From assembly GCA_050575255.1 (NCBI GenBank), contig JBNZDD010013732.1, forward strand, positions 22,066,564 to 22,130,563: a stretch of DNA of 64,000 nucleotides. Reading direction: 5' to 3'. Shown piece after piece: positions 38,104-51,450 of the stretch; positions within the stretch are counted from its first letter, which is position 1, and each line of letters opens with the position of its first letter. The DNA comes from Harriotta raleighana (taxonomy: Eukaryota). The notes beneath the pieces are model-generated. The model ran no database searches. It was not told the DNA's origin and worked only from the letters and a program-made list of their open reading frames with translations. The translations under genes and the position numbers were made by a program.

Positions 38104-39339
38104 CCAATTGCCTCACAAATAGTCTGTCCTGCTATTTTATAGAAGACTGAAAGCACCTAATATTTGGATATGGTGTTCATTATCTCATTGATAGTTCTTT
38201 GGGAATGCATGTGTTTTGTTTGGTGGACGGGATATTAATAATGAAACCAACTTCTAGATGTTGGTGATGGAAAGTGTTCACTGGCTGCTTGTGATTTTCT
38301 TAGTTCAGTTTCCCCAGTAGGCATTTGTACCTACTACATTTGTATAATTATGCTCCAGTACTTTTCCTTCATCTTTAACCAGTGGTTTTAAGAATGATAG
38401 TTAATAGATATTACACAGCAGAACTGCCATTAATTAACTTATCAATAAAAAGCTAGAGATTTAATCCAAAAAAAATTAATTGAATATTCAAACTCTGTAC
38501 ATACCCCATTATAGTGCCTTTAATATGGAGTGACTTTACAAGTCAACTGTGGACCAGAAATATTCTACTTGCACTTCTGAATTGACTAGCCAGCTTTCTG
38601 CACCAAACATGTCCAACTGCCATGACCCACAGTAATGCTGCTAGCATTACTAAGACTATAATTATTTATTCTCCTTCATCACATGGCATCTATATTTTTC
38701 TTTAAAAAGAATGAATATATTTTGTTTTAGTTACTGATTGTAGCATCCTTCTGTTGGGGGTGAAGTTGTAGCAGATTTGAGGCTGGACCTCAGGCAGGAA
38801 TTTCTTTTAATTCTTGTTCTGCCTTCTATGAAAGCATGTACCGAAAGAGCACACTCTTTCCCTCTAAGCATGATTAAACACATTTTTATTGTACAAAAAA
38901 TATTTTGAAAAATGCTTTATTGAAATATAATATTGAAATAACTTACACTCTCAGAAAAAGATTGCCAGTTGGTTCATAAAGGACCCAGCCAGCCCATTCA
39001 TAGTAGAACACAGGGAATAGTTAAGTAGATGGGGAAGATAAAGCTATGAACATGAACTGTTTCCATACTAGAGATATTGTGAAAACATTGTTGCAGCTTG
39101 CTAGAGAAAGACTTCTGACACTTTAAACTAAAAAAAAGTACATGATTTTCAGACTAGTTCCAAGGATTGGCAAGTCAAATCCGTTTCCAACGACACTGTC
39201 CCTTGTCACAATGGATGGAATCACGTACCACATCTCTGTGGACAAATAGAACACTACATTTGCTGAGAGTCATCTGAAATTCAAGGTCAGTTACTAAATG
39301 TCCCACTAGAATTCTGTATCTAGACAGCCAAATCAATAT

Positions 39340-39670
39340 CGAGATCAGGCTCAAGAAGGTTAAACATTTCAGAAACTAGATCCTGAAAATGCTACTAGCC
39401 CCAATGGCATACGTGTTTAGATTTTCAACGCTGTGTCTTAGGAACTATCTGTTCCCTTAGCTCATCAGGTTTAGTATCCAATCTGAATGGAATATGTCAA
39501 ACATCATCCCCATGTGCAAGTAGGAATCAAAGTCAAGTGATGAACTGCCAATAAGTATCATTCCTGCTCAGTGTCCAAGTACAAGAAGATCATTATGACC
39601 AAGAAGTAATTATGACATCTTGTATACAACAACCTACTTGCTGTCTGGCCAATTTGACTTTAGGACAATT
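39340..39670 (+). mobile_element. Very old CR1/L2-clade RT remnant
   Basis: ctagatcctgaaaatgctactagccccaatggcata (LDP..A..P.GI), gaactatctgttcccttagct (ELSVPLA), tggaatatgtcaaacatcatcccc (W...NIIP). Confidence 0.55.
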
Positions 39671-40911
39671 CAGTTCCTTTGTAACTATTTTAATCCCATG
39701 GACCTGAATGGAGTGGTTGTTTCTTTAAGATTGAAATGCACCCCATGGAATGATTCTCTTGGCACCCACCACTCACTTTTCTAAAGTTTTTGATTGATCC
39801 CATAATACAGACTGATCCTGAACATTCCCATATTAAGCGAAAGTGAAACTAGCCACCCAAGCACTTTGACATCCACCAGCAGCTGGTTTGACAACAGCAT
39901 TGGTGCTAAATTCTTGGGATTGTGGGTATGCTCGCATTCATAAAAGTGAAAGACTAAAAATCAATGGAGAGTAGTACATACAGCCAACAAAAGGATGTTT
40001 CCATTTCATGCACGTTAACTTACCAATATATTGCCATGATCTTGACAGATATATTCATTTTAATTATGCATTGAATCTGTTGATGACATGACAAATCTTT
40101 GGCCAACTTGTACAGTGATCTAAGTAATACTGTGAGTTCCTTTCCATGCGATTTTAAATTTGTTGGATTTTAAATAAAGCAAAATGGTACATCTGGCATT
40201 TATTACAAGTAGTGTTTTTTGCTTCTATATTCAACAAAAATTAAATCCAACAGAACCCTTCATTAGGTCTGTTTTTTCATCTAAGTAACAATTTTGGATG
40301 CTTTCCAGACTCAACAAACATTTCTATTTAAGTGCTCAGACATTTGATTTAATCTTCATTAAAATCAGAGTATGTGGTACTTTGGGAACCATTACCTTTT
40401 GGTGAGTGAAGAAGAGCACGTTTGCTTTATCAACTGATTTTTTTCTAATTCTGTGGCTGGGGCTAACCTGTAAACCCTACAAACCAAGGCCACAGACAGG
40501 GCAGTCCTTCGCTGGACAGGCAGCAGAAAGCTTGTCAGACAGTGCTCTCAAGGTATGCAGTTTTAGCTTGTTAAACTCCAGTAGTACCCCAATGCACAAT
40601 CTTGGGTCCCTAAGCTTTGGCTTTTTCCCAAACTGCACCAGTACTCTCCCAAATTAGGTTAGCAGGGAGTTTCCCTACCGGAAGAGATTGTGCATTCTAT
40701 TCCAGACACAGGAATTTCCTTGTGTAAGTGGTGTGCATGGTCCTTTCATTCTGGGTTGAATGCTCTCAAGTATGGTCATGGGTTTCTGCGTGTGTCAAGA
40801 CACCTGGCCGATTGAAAAAAGAATGTTCGGTGGTTTTATTTTGTGGTAAAAGTGGGTCAACAGTTCAACTATGTCAAAGCAACTAATTTCCATGATTAAG
40901 GAACTCATGTT

Positions 40912-41497
40912 TCATAAGAACATAAGAATTAGAAGCAGGAATAGGCTATTCGGCCCTTCGAGCCTACCCCGCCATTCAATAAGATTATCACTGATCTTCT
41001 CACCTAATTCTAATTACCTGCCCTATCCCCAAATCCCCTAATCCCTCTATTTTTAAAAAATCTAGCAGTCTCAGCCTTGAAAATGTTCAAGGCCTGAGCA
41101 TCTACAGCCTTCCATAAATTCACTACCCTCTGAGTGAAGAAATGTTTCCTCTGTTCTAAAAGGCTGACCCTTAATTTTAAGACTGTGACCCCTGGTTATA
41201 GATTCTTCTACCAGGGGAAACAGTCCCTCAGTATCTATTTTATCCAGCTCTTTAAGAATCTTATTTGTTTCAATAAGGTCCCCCCTAATTCTTCTGTAGT
41301 CTAGAGAATACAGCCCTAGTTTATTCAACCTATCCTCATAGGTTAGTCCCCTCATCCCAGGAACTAACTTGTGAACCTACGCTGCATCCCCTTTAAGGCA
41401 AGTATATCCTTTTTTAAATAAGGAGACCAAAACTGCACACAATACTCTAGGTTCGGTCTCACCAAAGCCCTATACAGTTGCAGCAAGACTTCCCTAC
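40912..41497 (-). mobile_element. CR1 LINE 3' fragment
   Basis: Reverse ORF MRGLTYEDRLNKLGLYSLDYRRIRGDLIE; reversed (TTCTTATG)n terminus cataagaacataagaa. Confidence 0.92.
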
Positions 41498-41960
41498 CAT
41501 GTTTCAGTGTGCCTTGTAGTATTTAATATGATGGTTCTCCTTTTATTTCTGTTTCTGTATTACAGTACTATGGCAATTTTGTCTGCTGGTACTAGTCACT
41601 TAGTTACTGGGCAAATTATTTTATAGAATATATGTTCTTAAGTCACTTTTGACCAGCTTCACAAAATCACACAGTTGGTCCGGATGAAGAAGGCCCTTCA
41701 AGCCAACCAATCCCATCCCTCCAGAACACACACCCACCCTACCTCCCACACCCCCTCCCCCAGTCTCACCTTTGTCACCTTTCTTGGAAACTTTTTCCAG
41801 TCGTTTACTCTCCATGTAAAAATCTTCCTAGAATCTGTTCTGGACTAGTTTGATCGCTGGTGCTCTTCAGTACCTTTGTAAAGTTACTCATGCATTTGTG
41901 CCAGAATCTTTCCGGGATGCAAGGTGCACTCCAGAGAATCATGTGGGAAGATAGGAAATA

Positions 41961-42482
41961 TAGATAACCCTCGTCGATCGCAGGGATTACGTCCCTGGAA
42001 AACTGCGCACTCAACAAAATTGCGTTGAAGAAGCTTAAGAAGTAATGGTGAAAATGGGGGTTAGGGGAATCCAGTCGCAGGCCACTACCTCAAGCCTCCA
42101 GGAACATCCAAATGCAAGGAACATACTGAGGCGGGCTACAGCTGGCTGGTCCGCACCTCGCTCCACTTGCCTCTCCCCGCTCTTGTTGCTCCACCCCCCC
42201 CCCCCTCCCCTCGTCTCTCCTACCACCCAGGAAGTGGGCAAATCAGGGGGAGCCCAGGAGGGAGGCAAAGGTAGAGAGAAATTGGAGAGTGGGCAGGGGG
42301 TGGATGTGGGTATGGAGCAAAGAGCTGCTCGGGAGCGAGGGGAAGGTGGGGAGCAGAGAGCAGGGGCCAACCAGCGGGTATGCACAAGTTTTACTCTCAC
42401 TGCACAAAAAAGTGATGCTTTTGTTTCATCGCATATACTTGAATTCGCAATCGATAAAGTTGCCTTCGACGAGGGTTAACTG
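41961..42482. mobile_element. Tigger/pogo-type non-autonomous DNA transposon, 522 bp
   Basis: TA|TAGATAACCCTCGTCGA ... TCGACGAGGGTTAACTG|TA: 17-bp inverted termini (15/17 match) with TA duplication; GC-rich interior. Confidence 0.8.
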
Positions 42483-44099
42483 TATCACTAATTAATGCTT
42501 GAAGGAAACCTGTAGGGCAGTGGTGGCCAACCTTTTTGGTTGGCTAACAAAACAAATTTCCTTGATTGAATATTCCTTGATTTCTACAATAATCAAAAAT
42601 AACCTAGAAACGCTACTTATCAAACAGGTACTACCTAGACTAGTCCAAATAATTGTGTGAGGGCTTTGGGGGTGGAGGGGGCTAATGTTTGGGCATTTTG
42701 CTGTCCGTGGAACGGTTGAGTGTGAATAGCAACTGAAGCTTTTTTTTAAACTGCCTGATATAAAGGGGTTTCAAAGACCATGTGCTCTGGGGATGATTTG
42801 AAAATCTCCTAGAATTTTTTAATGAAACAAACAGACAGATCTTTTAAATGAGCTCAAGCTGCTTTCTGTGTTTGAGAATGATTCAAACTACTTCACAAAT
42901 GCTCTTCCTGGTCCAGAATTATATGTAGTATGTTAGTTTATATTATGACAGATTATTTGGCACAAAACCATTTGATAGCCATTGGGTGAATTTGAATTGG
43001 GTTATAGATTGGATTAGTCCAATTCTTGATGTAAAACTGAGCAAATGACCAATTTCTTTAAATCTCCTGATAGGTCTTTATTACCATAATCTTTATTAGT
43101 TTTGCCACATGTAATTACATAATTCAGATAACAATTGCTGAAAGATTACACTTATTTTGAATGTTTTTGTTATATTGTTGCTCACATAAATATCCTAGGA
43201 ATCGTTTTTTAAACAAATAACGTTTAGGAGAGATTTTAAATAAAAGTTTTGGAGTACTCTGGAGATCTTCCAAGACTTGTTTCAGTCATTAGATAATGCA
43301 AGTTTGCCTCTTTTTGGTTGTTTGGTTTCCAGTTTCAGCTCTCAGGATTTTTTCTGTTATTTGTTCTTATAACTTTTTTTTGGATGAGCAGGGGCAAGAA
43401 AGAAGTAGAATCCTGAATTATTGCAGATCAAAATTCACGATTATTGCCTTTTTCTAATTTTTTTTCTGATTCAGTTTACAAAAGGAAGGATAATATTTTT
43501 ATGATTTTCATAACAATTACATAGAGGAATTAGAGCTTCTTAGATACCTTGAGAACTGACATTTGTGCTAAACAAAGACATTTTGGACGGTTAAATAGCT
43601 AACATCAAGAATAAGACATGAAAAGCACTATATCAAATGCAAGGATTATTAATACCATCATCCCCACCAACAATCCATCTTAAATTGATCATTTACCTTG
43701 TGGCTGTTTTGGCATGCTTCTATGTGCACACGACTGTTGCATTGCCTATGGTAACAGTTACCACACTTGACAGTAATTATCTGTGAAGTGTTATCAGATG
43801 TTTTGACATCTCACTATAAAAGTTCTCCAATGGTTGAAAACACTGGATTATATGAAAAATATTAGGTTTGTCTTTAATGCCCAAGTGGAATATTGTTGAA
43901 GCATGTGCAATTGATTCAAGAATGAATGGATTAGCCTGAAGACTTTTGAAGTCCTTAATTGAAGACACAAGGGGTTCCAAGAAAATATCTAAACGTCTGG
44001 TGAAGTATCTTCTAGGGCTTTATGAAAAATAGAAATATCTTGGATCTGAGAGGCCACAGGTGGTATAAAATCCCCCCAACGGATCAGATGAAGAAGGCT

Positions 44100-44393
44100 G
44101 TTTGACCCATTTAATCTCATCCTTGCTGAATACCAACCCTACCATCTACCAATTACAACCTCAAACTGTTTCTCTCATCAGCGCCTTGGAATGTTTTCCT
44201 GACCCGAAAGGCGCGCTGTACAAGACTAATTTTGTTGTTGTTATGAGTTACAAAGCCCTGACCTCAAGTATCAATCAATCAATCAATCAAAATTTTATTT
44301 ATATAGCGCCTTTCACGTCGGGAGGACGTCCCAAAGCGCTGTACAGCCAAGTAGGGGGGGAGGGCTCAGGGAAAGGAGTAGGAAAAATTGACT
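44100..44393. mobile_element. Two L2-type 3' ends tail-to-tail
   Basis: + tail ...gcgccttgg..gaaaggcgcgct..ttttgttgttg (to about 44243), then - tail (ATCA)n aaaattttatttatatagcgcctttcacgtcgggaggacgtcccaaagcgct. Confidence 0.65.
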
Positions 44394-44510
44394 NNNNNNN
44401 NNNNNNNNNNNNNNNNNNNNNNNNNNNNNNNNNNNNNNNNNNNNNNNNNNNNNNNNNNNNNNNNNNNNNNNNNNNNNNNNNNNNNNNNNNNNNNNNNNNN
44501 NNNNNNNNNN
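44394..44510. other. Assembly gap (117 N)
   Basis: Run of N flanked by G/A-rich low-complexity sequence. Confidence 0.99.
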
Positions 44511-44860
44511 AAAAATGGCAAGGGGGAGAAATGGAGGGAAAAGCGGGGTGGGGTAAAATCAGGGAAGAAAGGGGGGGAGAAAGGGGGCCAAGGGGGAAAT
44601 CAGGGAGGGCAAAGAGGGAGAAATGTTGGTAAGGGGGAAGAGGGAGGGAAGGGTGGGTAGGAGGCAAAACCAGGGAGAAAGGGGGGTAAGGGGGAAGAGG
44701 GAGGGAAGGAGAAGAATAAAAAGGGGGAAAATCAGGGGGCAGGGGGAGTGTAAACAACAACAAACAACATCAACAATAATAAACAAAAAAGTAAATAACA
44801 ATCAACAATAATAAACAAACACAACAACAACAATAGAAAACACAACATCAACAATTAATG
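44511..44860. repeat. Polypurine low-complexity tract followed by (CAA/TAA)-rich tract
   Basis: Visible directly in the sequence. Confidence 0.8.
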
Positions 44861-44989
44861 ACTGTCCAGCCACCGCTCCCTGTCCTCGCCGCCCGCCCGG
44901 ACCATCTCCAAAAAGGCGGGAACCAGGTCCTCGATGGCACTGGCCGATCCCTCTCCTCCCCACTGGGACGCTGGGTGCGCTCCTCCCTG

Positions 44990-45430
44990 ATAACCAGTTC
45001 CAGTTGTTAATTACCCTTTGTGTAAAATAATATTTCCTGATGTCCTTCCTGAAATAGCTCTTCACATTCCTGAACATGTTCAGTGACTTGCCAATTAGTC
45101 TATCTGAGTGTGAGAGTATTGTATTGTTCTGGCTTTCTTTTCTGAACCTTATTTAGCATTTTATATACTCCATAAGTCCCTTTGTGATCTGTTTTCAAGG
45201 CTCATATCTAGTATTTCTTCTCATAGCTCACCATTTTAACACTGGGAATCATTGTCTTCATTGGCTGTAGATCCTGGGATTGAATGTACTTATTGTGACA
45301 GCTACAACTCTATGCAATACTTAAGGTGTAGAATAATTTGAGTTTTAAGCATATTTTATATAAATATGAAGTCAACTGATTTGGCAGTGTAGCCTACCAT
45401 CCCTTTTGCCTTATTTATTTGCTGCCTCCT
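44990..45430 (-). mobile_element. Degraded CR1 LINE fragment
   Basis: Reverse translation RKYYFTQRVINNWNWL, a CR1 C-terminal motif. Confidence 0.65.
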
Positions 45431-46974
45431 ACAATTTGGCTGAGCAAGTGAACAAAGGATGAGCTTGTAATTCAATTGAAAGAAGAGTTAAAATGACATG
45501 TTTGTAGATAGATCTAGATTAGAATGAGTATTTTGCCCTCCTCTTGAAAAAGTTGATGCTGACATTGTACCAAGCATAGTGAAGGGGACTGCTTGAAAGA
45601 CATATACTGTATTGCCCAAATGATGTAAATACAAGCGGCTTCCTTCATTTGTTTAACCTAGAACTTCTTGATGAGCCAAAAGGTGGAGGTTTATTTTGGT
45701 CAATCTGTCTTGGACAGATTGAAAAGGAACCAATTGCAAATCATGTCACCATCCATTTTGAGGGTGATAATTAGGAAGTGGAATTTAATTGTGATATCTA
45801 TTGCAGATGTGATCTGATATACGTTGCAATATAATTGACAAAAGATAGTACTATACTGAATTAACCATATGGAGATTTTGATGGATCCCTTTTATATTAA
45901 TGTACTGTCAAGTCTGGATGTCCATTCATTTTAAAAAAAAAGTAATTATTTGAAAGTTTATCCATGTATTTAACATTTAAGTAGAGCACTTCACTACTTA
46001 ATTGACCAGTTCCAATTAAATAGTGCTATGTTGATGGCCAATGTCCATGCTTTTATGTTTAACTAAATGCTGAATAAATGTAGTATGAACCACAAAAGGT
46101 CTGTGGATCATGCACTTCATCAAATCAATGTTTTAATAGGATATTAGGCTGACAAATTCCAATCTGAATGAAGCAACATAAATTTTTTCCTAAAAATGCT
46201 ATCAGTTTTGAGTTTGTATTCCATTTTCAGAAAAATTCTCCCAGTTAGAACATATGTCTGTCATTTATAAATATTGCTCATGTCAGGCATCAAAGTGAGT
46301 GGATTAAAAATGAACTGAGATCAAAAGGAAACTGCATCTTCTCATTGAGTACATGTCTCATATTTAAATAAAGTCTTGAAATGCAGTTGATGGGATTTAG
46401 TTCAGTTCTGTTGTATGCATTATGTTATCACAGGCTTCTTTATAAGTACTGATAGTCAAATAACTTTTGTAACAGTGTGATGTTCTGCATATTAATCAGC
46501 TGCTCAGCAAAGCTGCAAAGCAACTTTAATCTTCTGTAAGTAATTGATGCAAATGATCCTTTTAATTATTAAAAATGCCTCAGTGTCCTTTTGCTTGTAT
46601 AAATTGACCTGACAGGAATATTCTGTGAACACTTAAAATCAAAACCCCAAGTACTTGACCTTGTTCAAACAATTGTAATTCAGCGAGCTTGTAGTCTTTT
46701 TGATTGCAGATGGAGCAAAAGTTAAACCGGTTCTACTCTATCTCTTCTACTACTAGAGCTGTACAATACCATGTAATTGTCAACTGTAGAAGTATATTTT
46801 AGATGGAAGTGGATTTTGGACTGTAGTATGATAGAAAATATTTTAAAATTTCAGGACTTGAAAAACTGTTATCAGTTATAGTAAATTATATTGCTCCTAT
46901 CTTATCTCTTCACATCAATGTAATATTCATATTTTTTGTATTGATTTTGTTGTATTTTGTATGTTTTTGAAACA

Positions 46975-47500
46975 ATACTTGGCAAGGACATTTCTCGCCT
47001 TAGAGGGAATGCAGCGTAAATTCACTAGGTTGGTTCCTGGGATGAAGAGGTTGACCTATGAATTGAGTAAACTAAGCCTATATTCTCTGAAATATAGAAG
47101 AATTAGAGGTGATCTTACAGAAACCTACAAGATTCTTAAGGGGCTTGACAGAGTAGACAGTGTGAGACTGTTTCCCCTGGTTGGAGAATCTAAAACTAGG
47201 GGTCATAGTCTCAAGATTAATAGTCAGCCTTCAAACAGAGTTGAAGAACATTTCTTCGCTGAGATGTTAAGTGAATTTATGGAATTCTCTACCTCAGGAG
47301 GCTGTGGATGCTCAGTCCTTGAACATATTCAAGACTGGGATTGATAGATTCCTAAAGGATAGAAGGATTAAGGGATATGGGGCATGGCAGGTAACTAGAA
47401 TTAGGTTAGAAGATCAGTCATGATCTTACTAAATGGAGGTGCAGGCTAAATTGGCCGAATGGCCTATTCCTGCTCCTATTTCTTATGTTTTTATGTTCTT
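46975..47500 (+). mobile_element. CR1 LINE 3' fragment
   Basis: ALEGMQRKFTRLVPGMKRLTY...RRIRGDLTETYKILKGLDRVD; terminus ttcttatgtttttatgttctt; same subfamily as 40912-41497. Confidence 0.92.
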
Positions 47501-50500
47501 AAAGGGAAATGCATTGTTCGAGAGGCAGTGAAAGAAAAGTTGAAATGTAACAAATCTGGGACTTTCAGGTGTACAACAAATGTTTTTCTAAATATATTCT
47601 GGATGCAAGCAAATTAAATGAAAGTTTAATTTAATTCTGGAAAGTTGACCCTCCCCACTGGCTCACTGGGTAAATGTGTGACGTGATGTAATTTCACCAT
47701 ATAATTTAGAAAGGTACCATATTTGAATCTCTGGGTACAGTGAGTTGGATGGTCTTAGATGGGTAATGCTAGAGATACTGTGCTAGAGATATTAGTTTCA
47801 ATGTCATGATATTACAGAGGGAACATTGGATCTATCGCTATTAAGTATTCCCCAGTAGGATATATGACTGTAGTATAAAGTTAGAATGATATTAGGCTTG
47901 ATTGTAATGCTTCCGAAGGCTCCCGCTGACTCATGGTAAAATCTTACTTAAATGAAGTATTGAAAGACCATTTTCATGATTTACTGCTTTCTGAGAGATG
48001 AGTAATGCAAAATTATTTTGGAGAGGGAAGTGAAAGAACTGGGGATCTGCATTAGTAGAAATATTTGTTTAAGACCTGAATAATTAATTTATTTTTAGAA
48101 GGCAATGGTGGTTAGACTGCTGCGGGTGTATTGCCTCATTTCCTGGATGGATGAAGTGATGCGTGTGAAAACAGTATTGAAAATGATAAGTCTAAAGTGC
48201 GAATACAGCTACGTGCTAACACCTGAGGGTGACTGAGAGAGGATGCAGCAAGGCAAGGCAATAGAGGCTCAGGAGTGAGGTGTAATCGGTTGTGTGCAGA
48301 TACTCTCAATATGGCTGTATATTGTTTCCCAGAGCATGAATATCAGATGTGAAACAAAACCAGATAAGCTAATAAAGTGACAGAATGGACCTAGCAATAT
48401 CTAAAGAAGTAAAGAAAGACTATGAAGATGTATTGGGTAAATCTAAATTGAGATCCAAGGGTGGTACTTCGATTGTTTTCACTTGGGCTTGGAGAAAATG
48501 AGCAGGAAAATTTACATCGGTGAATGTACTTTATAACTGCTAGGAATTGACTTTATAATTCACTGAAATTTTTTGTTAGCTGGAAAGACTTGTACAGAAA
48601 ATATTGTGTACATCAGCTGAGAGGAAATTGAATTCCAAACCATAAAAATACAAACTAATTAATTTGAAACCAGTTTTGGAGGTGGAAGCATTATTACTTG
48701 AATAAATATAGATGACCAAATGTAATTGCTGACCTATAAATGGGAAACATTGTCTAGGTTAATGCAAAAAATGCAAATGTAAAATGCATGAGGAAGTGTT
48801 GAAGGATTCAATGAATCCTAAACATTCAATTCGCTACTGATTTGTTTAACAATACAATTCACAGGATTTATAATAGATGTTTGGAAAATCTGCACAATTT
48901 ACAATCTTTCAAAGTAAATATTAGTAAAGTTCATATTCCAGTTGTCATAAAGTATAATAAATTTTGATCGCACCATGATTGTCTGCAAGTTTATCCAAGG
49001 AGTAGCTGAGTCATATAGAAGAGATCCACATTTGATCCCTGATCCAAGTTAGTTGATTTCAGTGGCACTCAGAGTGGGTGCTCAAAGTGTTATAGTGCCT
49101 TTACTCATGATCATTTTTCAGAAGCCCCTGTTGGAGATGTGCATCTGTGGCCTTTGCAAGGAAGAATAAGATTAGGTTTGCTTGCTCGTGATCCCTCTCC
49201 ACCAAATAAGCTTCTGACACTCATTGCCTTCATTTGTATATGATCAGTAGCTGCTGAAGTATCATATCATGTTGCAATCAGTGCTCATGGAGCTATACTC
49301 CAGCAGAAATAAAAAATAATCAAACATCATAAAGGCAGTGAGTGATGTTTGTAGTGCTTCTTCCAAGTTGGTCTGCATTGGTCTACATTTTTCTGCACTT
49401 TGTTTCGCCTCAGAGATATTGGACCCAGATGCCTGCACCACAAAGGATTATTCTATATTTCCCTTTGTGCTGAATTGCTTTCTTGGATTCTAATCCTTGA
49501 TGTGTCCTGTGGGAAATTCAAGAAAGCAAAATATTTATAACTATTTTACAATGTTTGGAAATCTATATCTTATTTAATATCAGTGTGGTTTTCTTTGTAA
49601 ATAAACTGCCACATTCACCAATAATTGATATCTTGCTTATGAAAATTTTTGCAAAGGAACTTGTAAAATTGTAGAGGCGTATGAACTTTGAGTGTGGCAA
49701 CATTCTATAAATGTGAGGGTATCTTGTTTGAAACCAATTAGTTTGAATGTTCTAACAACTAAGCTACAAGACTGCACTGTCCATTGCATATGTAAAAAAT
49801 ATTTTGTGAAATCAAATGTGCGTTTACAATTGCAAATGTAGCTCCTGTCAGCAGAAATTTCCTTTCGTTTTTTCACTCAAAATTTTATTCAAGTGGATAT
49901 TCTCTGTAGGACTGAGATTTTGGGATCTTGTTGAAACCTTTATATGCAACAAAAACTTGGTCTGATGTATTATTTTTCCTTTGACATTCTAATTGAAATC
50001 CTATTAATTTTGTTGCTACCAAAATGAGTTGCTGCAATTTGCTCAGCAGGTGAGTTCCATCCAGCTTGTTTCTGCAGTACAAGAGCCCAGAGGGATTCAA
50101 GGCATGAAAAGCAGTTTGTTTTTGACAGCAGCATGTCCTTGTTGGTATTGATTGGGTTGTTCAGTGGAGTGAGAAACATTGATTTAGTCTTAAACTGGTA
50201 GTTATGTGATAATCTTGAAGATGAATGGATGTCAAGTGAGGTATTGGTGGGATGAAATCAAATACACTTGGAGTTATTTATCCTTGTATGGCTGCAATAA
50301 TGCATTAGCAGTGCTGAATAGTAGTTGCAGCTGCTGGATTATTGATAGTATCATTAAACTGGGCTGGGAATACACAATGTGAGTAACCTGCCTCATGCAC
50401 AGTAACCATTTGAGCTACTGCAATTCGACTGCTATTATAATGTATTGTATGTAAAATGAAATTACTGGAAAAATTGTCATCACTGGTGGCAAAATTATTG

Positions 50501-51349
50501 AAAATCGTAACATTTTGTGGGCAGTGGATATTGTGTGACTGTTTTATCAAGAATGATCTTTCTAGTTTAATGTGTAAAGGAATGTCTTCCTTTAAGTGCT
50601 ATTATCCTCATGTATTCTTGGTAATACAACAAAGTATCTTGGACTTTCCTTTCCCTTGCTTTCTTTTCCATCCATTTCAAACCTTCCTCTTTGATCACAC
50701 TCCTGGACTGTGCAGCCCCTTGTGGCATGCCCCACAATGTGAATAGCACTATATAAATGTAAATTTGCATCAAACCAATGCAGTTTTGACTTCATAAAAT
50801 GAATGCACCCATAGAACATTCTTAAATAAAGTAATGCTGCTAGGTGCACTGTGTAAAACAGAGGAAAAACTGAAATATTAAAGCCCTTCCTGACAGAACA
50901 TCATATTTAAAACTGTAAACTGATCTTTATGTAATTTTTAGGGAAATAGTTCACAGCAACAATTATGGAAGAATGCTGACTTGAACGCATGGGAGAAGAG
51001 AATTTATATCAGGTGTTAGTGAAATAACAACAACTTGCATTAGCCTCCACACAGGGCAACATCTCAGACATTTCTAGATTAATAGAAGAATTGCAAATTA
51101 GTCATGGATCTTGGAATGGTGCCATGTTTTGAAAAGCCCAGCAAGGACAAGATATTAAAAGTACTTTGAACTAAAGAACTTGTCAGTCAATATCATGATT
51201 TCTTTGTAATGTACTTTTGAATCAAATAACAAATAGGAAATATTAGAAATGAGCGGAAGGCAAATCGGGATCTGAAGGAGAAAGATTCTTTAATATTCCA
51301 GGCCTGATCCTTCTCGACAACAACAACAACAAAATTACACGTATACAAT

Positions 51350-51450
51350 ATGAGTTCTGATAAAGAATCATAACCGAAATGTTAACCAATCTTCCTCTTT
51401 CAGATACCAAATGACCGGCTCTTCATTTGTAGCATTTTCTATTTTTTATT
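51350..51450 (+). mobile_element. Degenerate Penelope-like terminal fragment
   Basis: gttctgataaagaatcataaccgaaatgttaac...cagatac...tgacc..agcattttctattttt parallels 22575-22690. Confidence 0.5.

Noticed and set aside
42035-42479. 144-aa and 121-aa ORFs
   Set aside because: They lie inside a TIR-bounded non-autonomous transposon and show no transposase motifs.
42518-42540. hAT-like terminus CAGTGGTGGCCAACC
   Set aside because: No convincing partner inverted terminus or 8-bp target duplication could be found.
44102-44811. Long ORFs spanning the N gap
   Set aside because: Artefacts of Ns and polypurine low-complexity sequence.
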